A DNA stretch of 64,000 nucleotides from an uncultured Acidobacteriota bacterium (GTDB lineage Bacteria > Acidobacteriota > Vicinamibacteria > Vicinamibacterales > JAKQTR01), in NCBI GenBank assembly GCA_963843385.1, contig CAWJJY010000007.1, positions 132,244 to 196,243 on the forward strand, written 5' to 3'. The first letter of the stretch is position 1. The number at the start of each line of letters is the position of its first letter. The notes under the pieces were generated by a model. It was not told where the DNA came from. It searched no databases and worked only from the letters and a program-made list of their open reading frames with translations. Made by a program: the position numbers and the translations under genes. Below are positions 20,483 to 30,181 of the stretch, piece after piece.

Positions 20483-21739
20483 ATGATCAGCCCCGCCATT
20501 GCCTCGCTCCTCGCGCTCGTTGCGGCCATCGTGCTGAGCTGCACGTCCCAGCTGAACGTCGGCCTGATCGCGATGGCGCTTGCCTGGGTCATCGGTGTCT
20601 TCGTCGCCGGCTGGCCGGCCGACGCCATCGCCGGCGGATTTCCCACGCAGCTCTTCCTGACGCTCTCAGGTGTCACGCTTCTCTTCGCGGTGTCCGAGGT
20701 CAACGGGACGCTGGAAGCCGTCGGACGCCGCGCGATGAAGCTGACCAGGGGCAGCATCGGGCTCGTGCCGGTCGTGCTCTTCCTGATCGCGATGCTGGTG
20801 TCGACCATCGGTCCCGGATCGGTCGCCGCGACGGCGCTCATTGCGCCTCTCGCGATGGCGATCGGCGCGCGATCCGGCATCTCGCCGCTGTTGTCCGCGC
20901 TGATGGTCGCCAACGGCGCGAACGCGGGCAATCTGTCGGCGCTCAGCTCGGTTGGCGTCATCGCGAACTCCAAGATGGCCTCGGTGGGCCTGGGCGGCCA
21001 CGAGGTCAAGGTCTGGGCCGCCAACTTCCTGGCGTCCGCCCTGGTCGCGGCCGTTGCGCTGGTGCTGTTCGGCGGCCGGCGCTCGGCCAACGCGCCGTCG
21101 GGCGCGGAGGGCCTGTCGGCGGATCTCCCGCCGCTCCGCGCATCGCAGTGGCTGACCTCCGCGGTGATCGCAGCGTGGGTCGCCGGCGTGGTCATCCTGA
21201 AACTGCACATCGGATTCTCCGCCTTCGCGGCGGCTGTGATCCTGATCGTGTTGCGCGCGGCCGACGACACGGCGTCCGTGAAGCGGATGCCCTGGAGCGC
21301 GATCCTGATGATCTCGGGCGTCTCGCTGCTCATCGGCGTCCTCGAGAAGACCGGCGGCATGGACCTGTTCACCGGCGCCCTCGCGCGCTTCGCGACCCCG
21401 GGCTCGCTCAACGGCGTGATCGCGTTCGTGACGGGCGCGATCTCGACCTACAGCAGCACGTCGGGAGTGGTCCTCCCGACGTTCCTGCCGATGGTGCCCA
21501 CGCTGGTCTCCAAGGTCGGCGGCGGCGATCCGCTGGCCGTGGCACTCAGCATCAACGTGGGTGCGTCGCTGGTGGACGTGTCTCCGCTCTCGACGATCGG
21601 CGCCCTGTGTGTCGCCGCAGTGTCGGACGCAGCAGTCGCGCGCGACCTGTTTCGCAAGATGCTGATCTGGGGACTCGCGATGACCATTGTCGGCGCCCTG
21701 CTGTGCCAGTGGCTGGCGGGGCCGTTCGCCCGCTGGTAG
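20483..21739 (+). CDS. SLC13/ArsB-NhaD (IT superfamily) dicarboxylate-type permease
   Basis: Multi-TM; 'NGTLE', 'GANAGNLSAL', 'VDVSPLSTIGALC'; TATCAT 6 nt before the ATG. Confidence 0.82.
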   Translation: MISPAIASLLALVAAIVLSCTSQLNVGLIAMALAWVIGVFVAGWPADAIAGGFPTQLFLTLSGVTLLFAVSEVNGTLEAVGRRAMKLTRGSIGLVPVVLFLIAMLVSTIGPGSVAATALIAPLAMAIGARSGISPLLSALMVANGANAGNLSALSSVGVIANSKMASVGLGGHEVKVWAANFLASALVAAVALVLFGGRRSANAPSGAEGLSADLPPLRASQWLTSAVIAAWVAGVVILKLHIGFSAFAAAVILIVLRAADDTASVKRMPWSAILMISGVSLLIGVLEKTGGMDLFTGALARFATPGSLNGVIAFVTGAISTYSSTSGVVLPTFLPMVPTLVSKVGGGDPLAVALSINVGASLVDVSPLSTIGALCVAAVSDAAVARDLFRKMLIWGLAMTIVGALLCQWLAGPFARW

Positions 21740-21852
21740 GCCTCCGGCTGCGCCACTTTCCCGCCGGCGGTGTCTATCAAGGCAGGCGAAGGACTCTGGC
21801 CAGGGTCGACGCCTTGTTTCGTGAACCCACCACGACACGAGGAGGAGACACC

Positions 21853-22563
21853 ATGCCGCGCGACCTGTTTGGTGACGTCGTGCACCCGCCCGCTGGTATT
21901 GGCAATCGCAAGTGGTACAAGTTACCGGTTTCCCTGATCCTTCACACGGCAGTCCTTTCGGTTCTCGTCATCGCACCTCTGATGACCTCGGGCGAACTGC
22001 CGTCCACGATTACCCCGATCGACTCCGTGAACCTGACGCCTGTGGCCCCCAATCCCCCGCAGGCGCCACCCGCCCCGTCCGCGGCCAGACACGCAGTCCC
22101 GCAACCCAACCCGACTGCGGCGCCGACTGAGGCACCGACGGGCGTCGCCAAAGAGACGGGCCTCGTGACCGAGCCGGAGACCGCGGGCGCCGTGGAGGGT
22201 GGCGTCCCCGGCGGGATCGTCGGACCGGTTGTCAGCGGGCTGCCCGAGGCTCTGCCGGCGGCACCCACGCAAACGGTTCCGATCCGGGTGCATAGCGGTA
22301 TCAAGCCGCCGGCGAAAATCAGGGACGTGCGCCCGATCTATCCGATCGTCGCGCAGGCAGCACAGGTGCAGGGCACCGTGATCCTCGAGGCCGTCATCGG
22401 CCCGGACGGCGCGGTGCGAGAGGCGCGCGTGCTGCGGTCGATTCCGCTGCTCGATCAAGCGGCACTCGAGGCCGTGCGGCACTGGACCTTCACGCCGACG
22501 CTGTTGAACGGCGTGCCGGTCCCCATCGTCATGACGGTGACGGTGACCTTCGTGCTGAAGTAG
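21853..22563 (+). CDS. Energy transducer TonB family protein
   Basis: GGAGGAG RBS; TM 'SLILH', Pro-rich linker, TonB_C 'PIYP..AQAAQVQGTVILEAVIG...AVRHWTFTP'. Confidence 0.88.
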   Translation: MPRDLFGDVVHPPAGIGNRKWYKLPVSLILHTAVLSVLVIAPLMTSGELPSTITPIDSVNLTPVAPNPPQAPPAPSAARHAVPQPNPTAAPTEAPTGVAKETGLVTEPETAGAVEGGVPGGIVGPVVSGLPEALPAAPTQTVPIRVHSGIKPPAKIRDVRPIYPIVAQAAQVQGTVILEAVIGPDGAVREARVLRSIPLLDQAALEAVRHWTFTPTLLNGVPVPIVMTVTVTFVLK

Positions 22564-22615
22564 ATCCGCACGCGTGCTCGCCGGAACGCGCCCGACGATC
22601 ACTCGTTCTCGCGTG

Positions 22616-23986
22616 CTATCGCTGCCTTCCTCGTCCCTGAGGGTGACGGGCCGTGCCGGCTGATGCGCCGGGCGAGTGGCGCGTGTGCTGGGACTGGTGC
22701 GCTGGCTGGGGCTGGTGCCGCGGCCCACCCGGCCGGCCGTGCGCTGAGGGCCCGTGGCTGGTGCCGCCGCCGGCCCGGGATCGCGCCTGGCCCGCCTTTC
22801 GTCCGGCCCGCATCGTGGCGAGGCGCGTCGCCAGCGGAATCTCCAGACGCTCCTGCACGGGCGCGTTGTAGTCGAAGTCGGGAACCGTGACGCGCGGCAG
22901 GCGTTTGCCGATGGCGCGCTCGATCCGCGACAGGTCCGCCTCGTCTTCGCGCGAGACGAAGGTGAAGGCATCGCCGACCGCGTCGGCGCGTCCCGTCCGG
23001 CCGACCCGGTGGATGTAGTCGTCCGGTACCTTGGGCACGTCGAAGTTCACCACGTGCCCCAGCTCCTGGACGTCGATCCCGCGCGCCGCGATATCGGTCG
23101 CCACCAGCACGCGGTGTTTGCCGCTCTTGAACCCGGCGAGCGCCGCCGTCCGTTGTCCCTGCGAGCGGTTCCCGTGGATTCTCTCGGACTCCACACCGTG
23201 GCGGACCAGGTATTCCGAGAGCCGGTTCGCCCTGTGCTTGGTGCGCGTGAAGACCAGCGCGTCCCGAATGTCACCGCGCTGCAGCAGGGCCACCAGCAGT
23301 GCCGACTTCAGGTGCTGCGGCACAGGATAGACGGCGTGCGTGATGCCGATCGCTGGCGCCGGTTTTCGCTCGAGCTGGATGGTCGCCGGTGACCGCAACA
23401 ACTCCCGGGTCAGCGCCAGGATCGGCGCCGGCATCGTCGCGCTGAAGAACAGCGTCTGGCGGCGCGCAGGCAGGTGGCGGAGGATGCGGTGGATCTCGGG
23501 CAGGAACCCCATGTCGAGCATGCGGTCCGCTTCGTCGATGACGAGGTACTCCAGTCCGCCGAGCTTGGCGTAGGGGTAGCGGAAGTGATCGAGCAGGCGG
23601 CCGGGCGTGGCGATGATCACGTCGGCCCCGCTGCGGAACGCGTGCTCCTGCGGCCCCATGCCGACGCCGCCGATGACGGAGGCGCCCGTCACGGAGGTGT
23701 GGACCGCCAGCTCGCTGAGGTCCTCGAGAATCTGGGACGCCAGCTCGCGGGTCGGCGTGAGGATCAGCGCCCGCGTAGTCTTGCGGGGCCGCCCGATGAG
23801 GCCTTGAAGAATCGGGAGCAGAAACGCCGCCGTCTTGCCGCTGCCGGTCATGGCACAGGCGAGAACATCCTGGCCCGCGAGCGCCGGTGGAATCGCCTCG
23901 GCCTGGACGGGCGTCGGGCGGGCGAAGCCGAGTTCCTTGATCGCCTGGAGGAGGCTGGGGTCGAGCTTCAGGCTGTTGAACGGCAC
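22616..23986 (-). CDS. DEAD-box RNA helicase (RhlE-like)
   Basis: Q motif PTPVQ, TGSGKT, PTRELA, TPGR, DEAD, SAT, ARGID, HRVGRTGR. Confidence 0.95.
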   Translation of the reverse strand: MPFNSLKLDPSLLQAIKELGFARPTPVQAEAIPPALAGQDVLACAMTGSGKTAAFLLPILQGLIGRPRKTTRALILTPTRELASQILEDLSELAVHTSVTGASVIGGVGMGPQEHAFRSGADVIIATPGRLLDHFRYPYAKLGGLEYLVIDEADRMLDMGFLPEIHRILRHLPARRQTLFFSATMPAPILALTRELLRSPATIQLERKPAPAIGITHAVYPVPQHLKSALLVALLQRGDIRDALVFTRTKHRANRLSEYLVRHGVESERIHGNRSQGQRTAALAGFKSGKHRVLVATDIAARGIDVQELGHVVNFDVPKVPDDYIHRVGRTGRADAVGDAFTFVSREDEADLSRIERAIGKRLPRVTVPDFDYNAPVQERLEIPLATRLATMRAGRKAGQARSRAGGGTSHGPSAHGRPGGPRHQPQPAHQSQHTRHSPGASAGTARHPQGRGRQR

Positions 23987-24209
23987 GGGTGATTCCTTTG
24001 GCAATGGCGTTGACGCGGGGCTGGCTGCGCGGAAACGGGGTTGGGGGTGGCTCGGCGTGACTCGAGTCTCGATGAATGCATCGGAGTCGCCGCCCGAATG
24101 CTTCGCGGCTCAGCCGTTCGCATTCAAGCATGTCACAGGGCAGGGGCCATGGCCAGTTTCAGCCGCACGGAGGGGGCTCACTCGTCGCGAAATCACCGGG
24201 ATCCGCGCG

Positions 24210-24238
24210 TTGCCCACGTCAGCCCCATTTGCTATAGT
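24210..24238 (+). promoter_or_regulatory. Sigma70-type promoter with extended -10
   Basis: TTGCCC-17 bp-TATAGT with TG at 24230-24231. Confidence 0.6.
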
Positions 24239-24308
24239 CGGGCCCTGCACCAGAGACAACCCGATCAATGTGGCGATCCTCCTCGGAGAACGCCGCAGGA
24301 GGACTCCC

Positions 24309-25550
24309 ATGCCGACCTTCACGCCTCGCCCGTTGCCGAACCCGGATCGCCTCGGGTTTTCGTCAAAGGCCGTCCACGCCGGCGAGCGGCTGCCGGGCTT
24401 CGATACCAAGCCGGTCACGACGCCGATCTACAGCTCGGTCGCCTTCGAGGCGCCATCAGCAGAGATCCTCGATGTCGTGTTCGGCGGCACGCATCCCGGC
24501 TACTGTTACACCCGTCACGGCAACCCGACGCTCGAGGCGCTGGAGGAGACGATCAATCAACTCGAGGGCGGCGCCGGGGCGATCGCGTTCTCATCCGGCA
24601 TGGCGGCCCTGCACGCGGTGCTGCTGACCTCTGGCGTGCAGAGCGGTGACCGGCTGGTGTCGAGCCAGGATCTCTACGGTGCGACGCAGGCCCTGTTCCG
24701 AGACGTGATGACGCCGCTCGGCATCGAGACCCGCTACGCCTCCGCCACCGACCTGCCGGCGTTCGCCCAGGCGGTCGATGCCGCCCGTCCGCGCGCGGTG
24801 TTTGTCGAGACCATCTCGAACCCTCTTCTTCGCGTCGTCGATCTGGGCAAGGTCGTGGAGATCGCCCATCGGGCCGGTGCCATTGCCATCGTCGACTCGA
24901 CCTTCGCCACGCCGCGCCTGGTGACGCCGCTTGCGAGCGGCGCCGATTTCGTGGTTCACAGCACGACGAAGTACCTGAACGGCCACGGCGACGCCACCGG
25001 CGGGATCGTGGTCTGTTCGAAGGCCGAGTCGATGACCAAGCTCAGGCAGATCTCGAAGCTGGTGGGCGGGATTCTCGGGCCCTTCGAGGCGTACCTGACA
25101 TTGCGCGGCGTGAAGACGCTGGCGCTTCGGATGCCGCGGCAGTGCCAGAGCGCGCGGCAGATCGCGGACAGGCTGGCCTCGCATCCAGGCGTCGAACGCG
25201 TCCACTACCCTGGCCTGTCCACGCATCCCGACTTCGGCGTCGCCGCGCGGCAGTTGCGCGACGGTCTGGCCGGGGCGGTCGTCGCCTTTGCGATTCGGTC
25301 AGCCGCTCAGCCCGACGTGTTCCGCTTCATGAACGCGCTGCGCCTGTGCTGCGTCGGAACAACGGTGGGGGATATCTACAGCCAGCTGCTGTATCCCGCG
25401 ATCTCGTCGCACCGGGCCTTGAGCGCCGAGGAGCGCCACGCACTCGGCATCGGCGACAACCTCGTGCGCCTGTCGGTCGGCATCGAGGAGCCTGAGGACA
25501 TCCTGGCGGACGTCGAGCAGGCGATCGAGGCCTCGGCACGCAAGAGCTAG
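24309..25550 (+). CDS. Cys/Met metabolism PLP-dependent enzyme (cystathionine gamma-synthase / methionine gamma-lyase family)
   Basis: YTRHGNPT, SSGMAA, ETISNP, DSTFATP, HSTTKYLNGH (PLP Lys), RLSVGIE; AGGAGG RBS. Confidence 0.93.
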   Translation: MPTFTPRPLPNPDRLGFSSKAVHAGERLPGFDTKPVTTPIYSSVAFEAPSAEILDVVFGGTHPGYCYTRHGNPTLEALEETINQLEGGAGAIAFSSGMAALHAVLLTSGVQSGDRLVSSQDLYGATQALFRDVMTPLGIETRYASATDLPAFAQAVDAARPRAVFVETISNPLLRVVDLGKVVEIAHRAGAIAIVDSTFATPRLVTPLASGADFVVHSTTKYLNGHGDATGGIVVCSKAESMTKLRQISKLVGGILGPFEAYLTLRGVKTLALRMPRQCQSARQIADRLASHPGVERVHYPGLSTHPDFGVAARQLRDGLAGAVVAFAIRSAAQPDVFRFMNALRLCCVGTTVGDIYSQLLYPAISSHRALSAEERHALGIGDNLVRLSVGIEEPEDILADVEQAIEASARKS

Positions 25551-25686
25551 GGAGCAGACGGTCGGCGCGCGTTGGCTCTGGGACACCGCTGGCGCGCTCG
25601 CGTCATGCAGGGCGGCTCTTCTGAGCCGCCGGACTCGTCGGGGCTGCCGTCGACTCGGCTTAGGCCAGGGAAGGCCCAGCCCCGGA

Positions 25687-25723
25687 TGTAATCGTGTGTC
25701 TCCAAGTTGTAACGATGTGTCTC
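25687..25723. promoter_or_regulatory. Direct repeat operator candidate TGTAA-N3-TGTGTCTC x2
   Basis: tgtaatcgtgtgtctc (25687) and tgtaacgatgtgtctc (25708), 21 bp period, upstream of the NHL pair. Confidence 0.45.
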
Positions 25724-25817
25724 TGCGAGAGCCGCGCCTGAGGCGGAAGTGCTAGTCTTTGGCGGCAAGCTCACCATAGACAGTCAGGATTCCGAACGAC
25801 CCCTTTCGGAGGCACTC

Positions 25818-26903
25818 ATGAGGCGACGTCCACGATGTTCGTTTGCGTTAGGGTTGTTGCTGCTCGCCGCCCCGGCGCTCGCCCAACCCCAGACCCTGAC
25901 TCCGGCCCAGCAGCGTGCGAAAGCGAAAGCGCAGAACGTGCCGGAGATTCCGTTCGACTCGTTGCCGAACTTCCTGAAGATGCCGCCGAACCTCTACCTC
26001 GGTGAAGGCATCGGCGTGGCGACCAATTCGAAGGGGCACATCTTCATCTACACGCGCAGCCAGGACACGCGGCTCTTCGAGTTCGACAAGACCGGTGCGT
26101 TCATCCGTGAGATCGGCGAGGGGCTTTACGGCTTTTCGTTCGCGCACGCCGTTCGCGTCGATGCCCAGGACAACATCTGGGCGGTGGACGAAGGCGCGAA
26201 CATGCTCATCAAGTTCACCCCCGACGGCAAGGTGGCGATGCTCATCGGCCGGAAGCCCGAAGCGGTGGGCGGACTCGAGGAAACCCCGCCGCCAGGGACA
26301 CCGGCTCCCCCGGCGCAGCCGTATCTGCTGAGCCGCCCGACCGACGTGGCCTGGGACGCCGCCGGGAACATCTTCATCTCGGATGGCTACGGCAACTCGC
26401 GTGTCGTCAAGTACGACAAGAACGGCAGGTTCGTGAAGGACGTCGGGTCGAGAGGCCCGCTGCCAGGCCAGTTGAGCACCCCGCATGCGATCGCCACCGA
26501 TGCGCAGGGCAACGTGTATGTCGCGGACCGCGGCAACAACCGGATCCAGGTGTTCAGTAACGACCTGGTGCTCCGGGCCATCTACGACAATGTCGGCGCC
26601 CCGTGGGCGGTCTGCATCACCCCTGGGCCGCACCAGTATCTCTACAGCTCGAATTCGAACCCCGACAGCAACAATTCGGAAATCGCGGCCGTCACGGGCG
26701 AAATCTACAAGATGGAGCTCGACGGGACCATCCTCGGCAAGTTCGGCAAACCAGGCAAACAACTCGGGGAGTTCGGCACCGTCCATCAGATCGATTGCCG
26801 GAACGACAACGAACTCACGATCGTCGAGATCACGAACTGGCGGGCCCAGCGGCTCACCCTGCATCCGCCGGCCGCGGCGAGGGCGGGCACCAAGCAGCAG
26901 TAG
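25818..26903 (+). CDS. Secreted PAL-like NHL-repeat protein
   Basis: GGAGG RBS; signal peptide; FAHAVRVD, SDGYGNSRV, PHAIA, ADRGNNRIQ, VHQIDC. Confidence 0.87.
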   Translation: MRRRPRCSFALGLLLLAAPALAQPQTLTPAQQRAKAKAQNVPEIPFDSLPNFLKMPPNLYLGEGIGVATNSKGHIFIYTRSQDTRLFEFDKTGAFIREIGEGLYGFSFAHAVRVDAQDNIWAVDEGANMLIKFTPDGKVAMLIGRKPEAVGGLEETPPPGTPAPPAQPYLLSRPTDVAWDAAGNIFISDGYGNSRVVKYDKNGRFVKDVGSRGPLPGQLSTPHAIATDAQGNVYVADRGNNRIQVFSNDLVLRAIYDNVGAPWAVCITPGPHQYLYSSNSNPDSNNSEIAAVTGEIYKMELDGTILGKFGKPGKQLGEFGTVHQIDCRNDNELTIVEITNWRAQRLTLHPPAAARAGTKQQ

Positions 26904-26958
26904 CGTCGGTTTGCGGCGGGTCACCAGTTCGCGTTCATCATCATTTTCGGAGGCTTCA

Positions 26959-28080
26959 ATGAGGCGCTCTCTTCGACTCTTACTCGTAGCCGCGGCGCTG
27001 CTGTATCCCGGCCCACTCATGGCGCAGCTGGCCGTTCCCGAGATCCCGTACGACTCGACACCGAATTTCCTCAAGATGCCCGACCACATCTACATGGGTG
27101 AGGCCGTCGGCGTCGCGACCAATTCGAAGGGCGACGTCTTCGTCTACACCCGCACCGGTCACACCAACGTGGGCTTGGGCGCCTCGCGCGCATTCTCGAA
27201 AGGCGGCGCGCGGCTCTTCGAGTTCGACAAGACCGGCAAGTACCTCCGCGAGATCGGGGTCGGCGTGTACGGCTTCAATTTCGCGCACGCGGTCCGCGTC
27301 GACGCACAGGACAACATCTGGGTCGTCGACGAGGGGTCGAACAACATCATGAGGTTCAACCCCGAGGGTCAGCTCACCATGGTGATGGGACGGAAACCCG
27401 AGTCGCTTCGGGTCCCTGCCGCGCCGCCAGCGCCCGCTCCCGCTCCAGCGGCGACGACGGGGCGTGGGGGTGCCGCTGCGCCGGCCCCTGACTTGAGCGG
27501 CCGGGCTCCTGCCGGACCTCCCGGATCGGGCCTGCCGGGCGACCTGTTCAACCGCGAAACCGACGTGGCGTGGGACTCCGCCGGCAATATCTTCGTCGCC
27601 GACGGGTACGGCAACGCGAGGGTCGCGAAGTTCGACAAGACCGGGAAGTTCATCAAGTCCTGGGGATCGAAGGGCACCGCGCCGGGACAGTTCAATATCG
27701 CCCACTCGATCGCTGTCGATGCCAAGGGCAACGTGTATGTCGGCGATCGGGGCAACAACCGGATCCAGGTCTTCGACAACAACGGCGAGTTCAAGAAGCA
27801 GATTCAGAGCGTCGGCGCGCCATGGGCGATCTGCATCACGCCCGGGCCGCATCAATACCTGTACAGCTCGAACTCCAACGGGACCGCCAACATGGACAAC
27901 GGCGAAATCTACAAGCTGGAGCTCGACGGGACGATTCTCGGCAAGTTCGGCAAAGCCGGGAAGCAGCTGAAGGAGTTCGGCTCGGTCCACGAGATCGACT
28001 GCCGCTACGACAACGAGCTTCTCGTCGGGGAGATTACGAACTGGCGGGTGCAGAAACTTTCGCTGCACCCTCAGAAGTAG
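26959..28080 (+). CDS. Secreted PAL-like NHL-repeat protein (tandem paralog)
   Basis: GGAGG RBS; FAHAVRVD, ADGYGNARV, AHSIA, GDRGNNRIQ, VHEIDC; very similar to the upstream gene. Confidence 0.87.
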   Translation: MRRSLRLLLVAAALLYPGPLMAQLAVPEIPYDSTPNFLKMPDHIYMGEAVGVATNSKGDVFVYTRTGHTNVGLGASRAFSKGGARLFEFDKTGKYLREIGVGVYGFNFAHAVRVDAQDNIWVVDEGSNNIMRFNPEGQLTMVMGRKPESLRVPAAPPAPAPAPAATTGRGGAAAPAPDLSGRAPAGPPGSGLPGDLFNRETDVAWDSAGNIFVADGYGNARVAKFDKTGKFIKSWGSKGTAPGQFNIAHSIAVDAKGNVYVGDRGNNRIQVFDNNGEFKKQIQSVGAPWAICITPGPHQYLYSSNSNGTANMDNGEIYKLELDGTILGKFGKAGKQLKEFGSVHEIDCRYDNELLVGEITNWRVQKLSLHPQK

Positions 28081-28479
28081 GAAGTCCGGGCGCGCGAGGC
28101 CTCAATCCAGGACGGAACCGCCAGAGGGCCCTTCCGGGAACTCTGGCGGAGCGTCCACGGCGAACCGGAGCGGCTGCGCTCCGGCGCCTTCGCGACATCG
28201 GGCTCGGACCAGTTCCTGCGCGGCCTCACCGTCCGGATGACCCCTTCTGGCGGCGGCGCGCTGTCGTGTTCCAGTTGCCGTCGTGCGCGGGCCGGTCCGG
28301 CTGCCTCCTGGCGGCCTCCGAACTGCGGCAATCGCGGAAACGCACGCGACAACGCCCGCCGCCAGCCCGGCGGCCGAACAGGCCGGCTGCTGTCGCTTCA
28401 CAATCTCACGCCGAAGTCAGGGGAGGGCGAGGACTCTCGCCGGATGAAGCCGGATGTGTGTCCGAGCCTGGGGGCGTGC

Positions 28480-28620
28480 CTACTGGCTGGCCGTCGCTCC
28501 GGACATCATGACGATGGCCGCTGCAGCCGTCAGCGAGGGGGGATGCCGGAACACCACGCATGCGGCCACCAGGATCCTCTTCAAACGTTCACGCAGACGA
28601 CGTCTCCGCAGCCTTCGCAT
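28480..28620 (-). CDS. Possible small (46 aa) basic/hydrophobic membrane peptide
   Basis: GGAGGG RBS then MRRLRRRRLRERLKRILVAACVVF...; below the ORF-track cutoff; no family recognised. Confidence 0.3.
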   Translation of the reverse strand: MRRLRRRRLRERLKRILVAACVVFRHPPSLTAAAAIVMMSGATASQ

Positions 28621-28867
28621 GGAATCCCTCCACCGTGCGCGCCATGACCGTCAAGCTGACGGCCGAGACGTCCCGGACATACGCCGGGCGCCCGGCCACA
28701 AGATCGAAAGATCCCGGCGCCTGAATCTTCGCCGCCTGCGCCGATACCGCCTCGCCTGTCTCCTGCCTGGCCGCTCCGCCATTCGTCGCGGACGAATGTG
28801 CCGGCTGGCGCCCGGCGGGTGGGTCAGACCCGCCGGGGCGCCGATTTGCGGGGGAGGGGAGAGTCCG

Positions 28868-30134
28868 TTACCAGCGTGCGGGGTACCTGAGCTCCTGGCC
28901 CACCAGCTTCGAAGGATCGGCGTTCGGCTTCGGCCTGAATTTCTGCACCCGGCCGCCGAACACCTCGGCAAGGTATAGGTTGCCGTCCTGGTCGGTTGTA
29001 ATCGAGTGGGGGCCGTTGAACTGTCCCGTCAACGGACCGGGAGCGCCCCACCCGTACAAGGTACTTCCCGTTCAAGTCGTACTTGAGAATCCGGTTCGTG
29101 CCGCCGTCGGCCACCCAGATGAACTGATCCGTCGAAATCAGGTGCGCGTAGGGTGACGACCGGACGCCGGTCGACCACATCTCGAGGAACGTACCGTTCT
29201 CGTCGAAGACCTGCATCCGCCTGTGGCCCCGATCGACGACGAAGAGCCGGCGATCCTTGCTGATGGCGATGGAGTGGACCGTGTTCCACTCGTTCGGGCC
29301 CGGGCTCTTGGGGTCGACCGGGGGACGGCCCCAGTCCTTGATGAACTTGCCATCCTTGTCGAACTTCGCCACGCGGGTGCCCCCGTACCCGTCGCTGACG
29401 AAGAACGTCCCGTCCGGCAGCCAGGCGATGTCGGTCGGACGGTCGAAGAGTCTTCCTCCGTCACGACCCCGCTGGCCCTTCGTACCCAGGGTCATCACCA
29501 GCTTGCCGTCGTAGGTGAATTTGTAGATGACGTGCAGCTGATCGTCGAAGACCCACACGTGCTTCTCGGGATCGTACGGGTTCATCTTGATCTTGTGCGG
29601 CCCGCGGCCGCACCTCATCTCGAAGAGCTTGTCGTGCTGCGTCCATTCCTGGACCACCTTGCCGTTGCGATCCACGACGAAGATGACGTGGTGATACCGC
29701 CGCTCCCACCCGCGCAGCGGCACCGGCTCACAGGTCGCGCCCAGCCCATCGTCGTTGCCCGTCGCATTGCCGCGTGATGGCTTGAGCAGGGCGTATGGCG
29801 TCCAGGGCGCCGCGCCTTCGGGCAGCGGCAGCTCGCCGCGCTGGGCGATCCAGATCCTGTCGGGCGATTCGGCGTAGACGGCGCCGACCGATCCCCATGT
29901 CCACCCGGCGTGCTTCACGCCGTCGGGCCCATCCGGCAGGCCCTGCGGCCAGCCGGGCGAAGGTTCGTAGTAGGGCCCGAACTCCTCCTGCCCGCCCTTG
30001 TCCTGTGAGGGAACGGCAGGTCTCGCGGAGGCAGTCTGATGATTGTCGGCCGACAGGCTGGGACCGACCAAGGCCGCTGGCGCACCAAGGACCGCAGCCG
30101 CCAGGAACGCGAGTGCCACGTTTCGCGCACGCAT
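28868..30134 (-). CDS. Secreted PAL-like NHL-repeat protein (frameshift near 29060)
   Basis: Signal peptide; PHKIK, FDRPTDI, SDGYGGTRV, VHSIA, VDRGHRR. Removing one base gives 'KYLYGWGAPG...FNGPHSI' and joins ORF 28868-29059. Confidence 0.83.
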
Positions 30135-30181
30135 CGGGTATCTCCCTCGCGCCATCCGCCCGAGGAGCCGGCGATGACGCG

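Noticed and set aside
19520-22563. Long N-terminal extensions on the permease (739 aa) and TonB (725 aa) ORFs suggesting fusions
   Set aside because: The extensions overlap other real genes; better starts exist at 20483 and 21853.
24240-24308. SAM riboswitch before the Cys/Met PLP enzyme
   Set aside because: The leader is only about 65 nt and lacks recognisable SAM-I/II motifs.
25611-25630. GGCGGCTC-TTCT-GAGCCGCC hairpin as a REP/MITE element
   Set aside because: I found only one copy in the window and no transposase; it may simply be a terminator-like stem.
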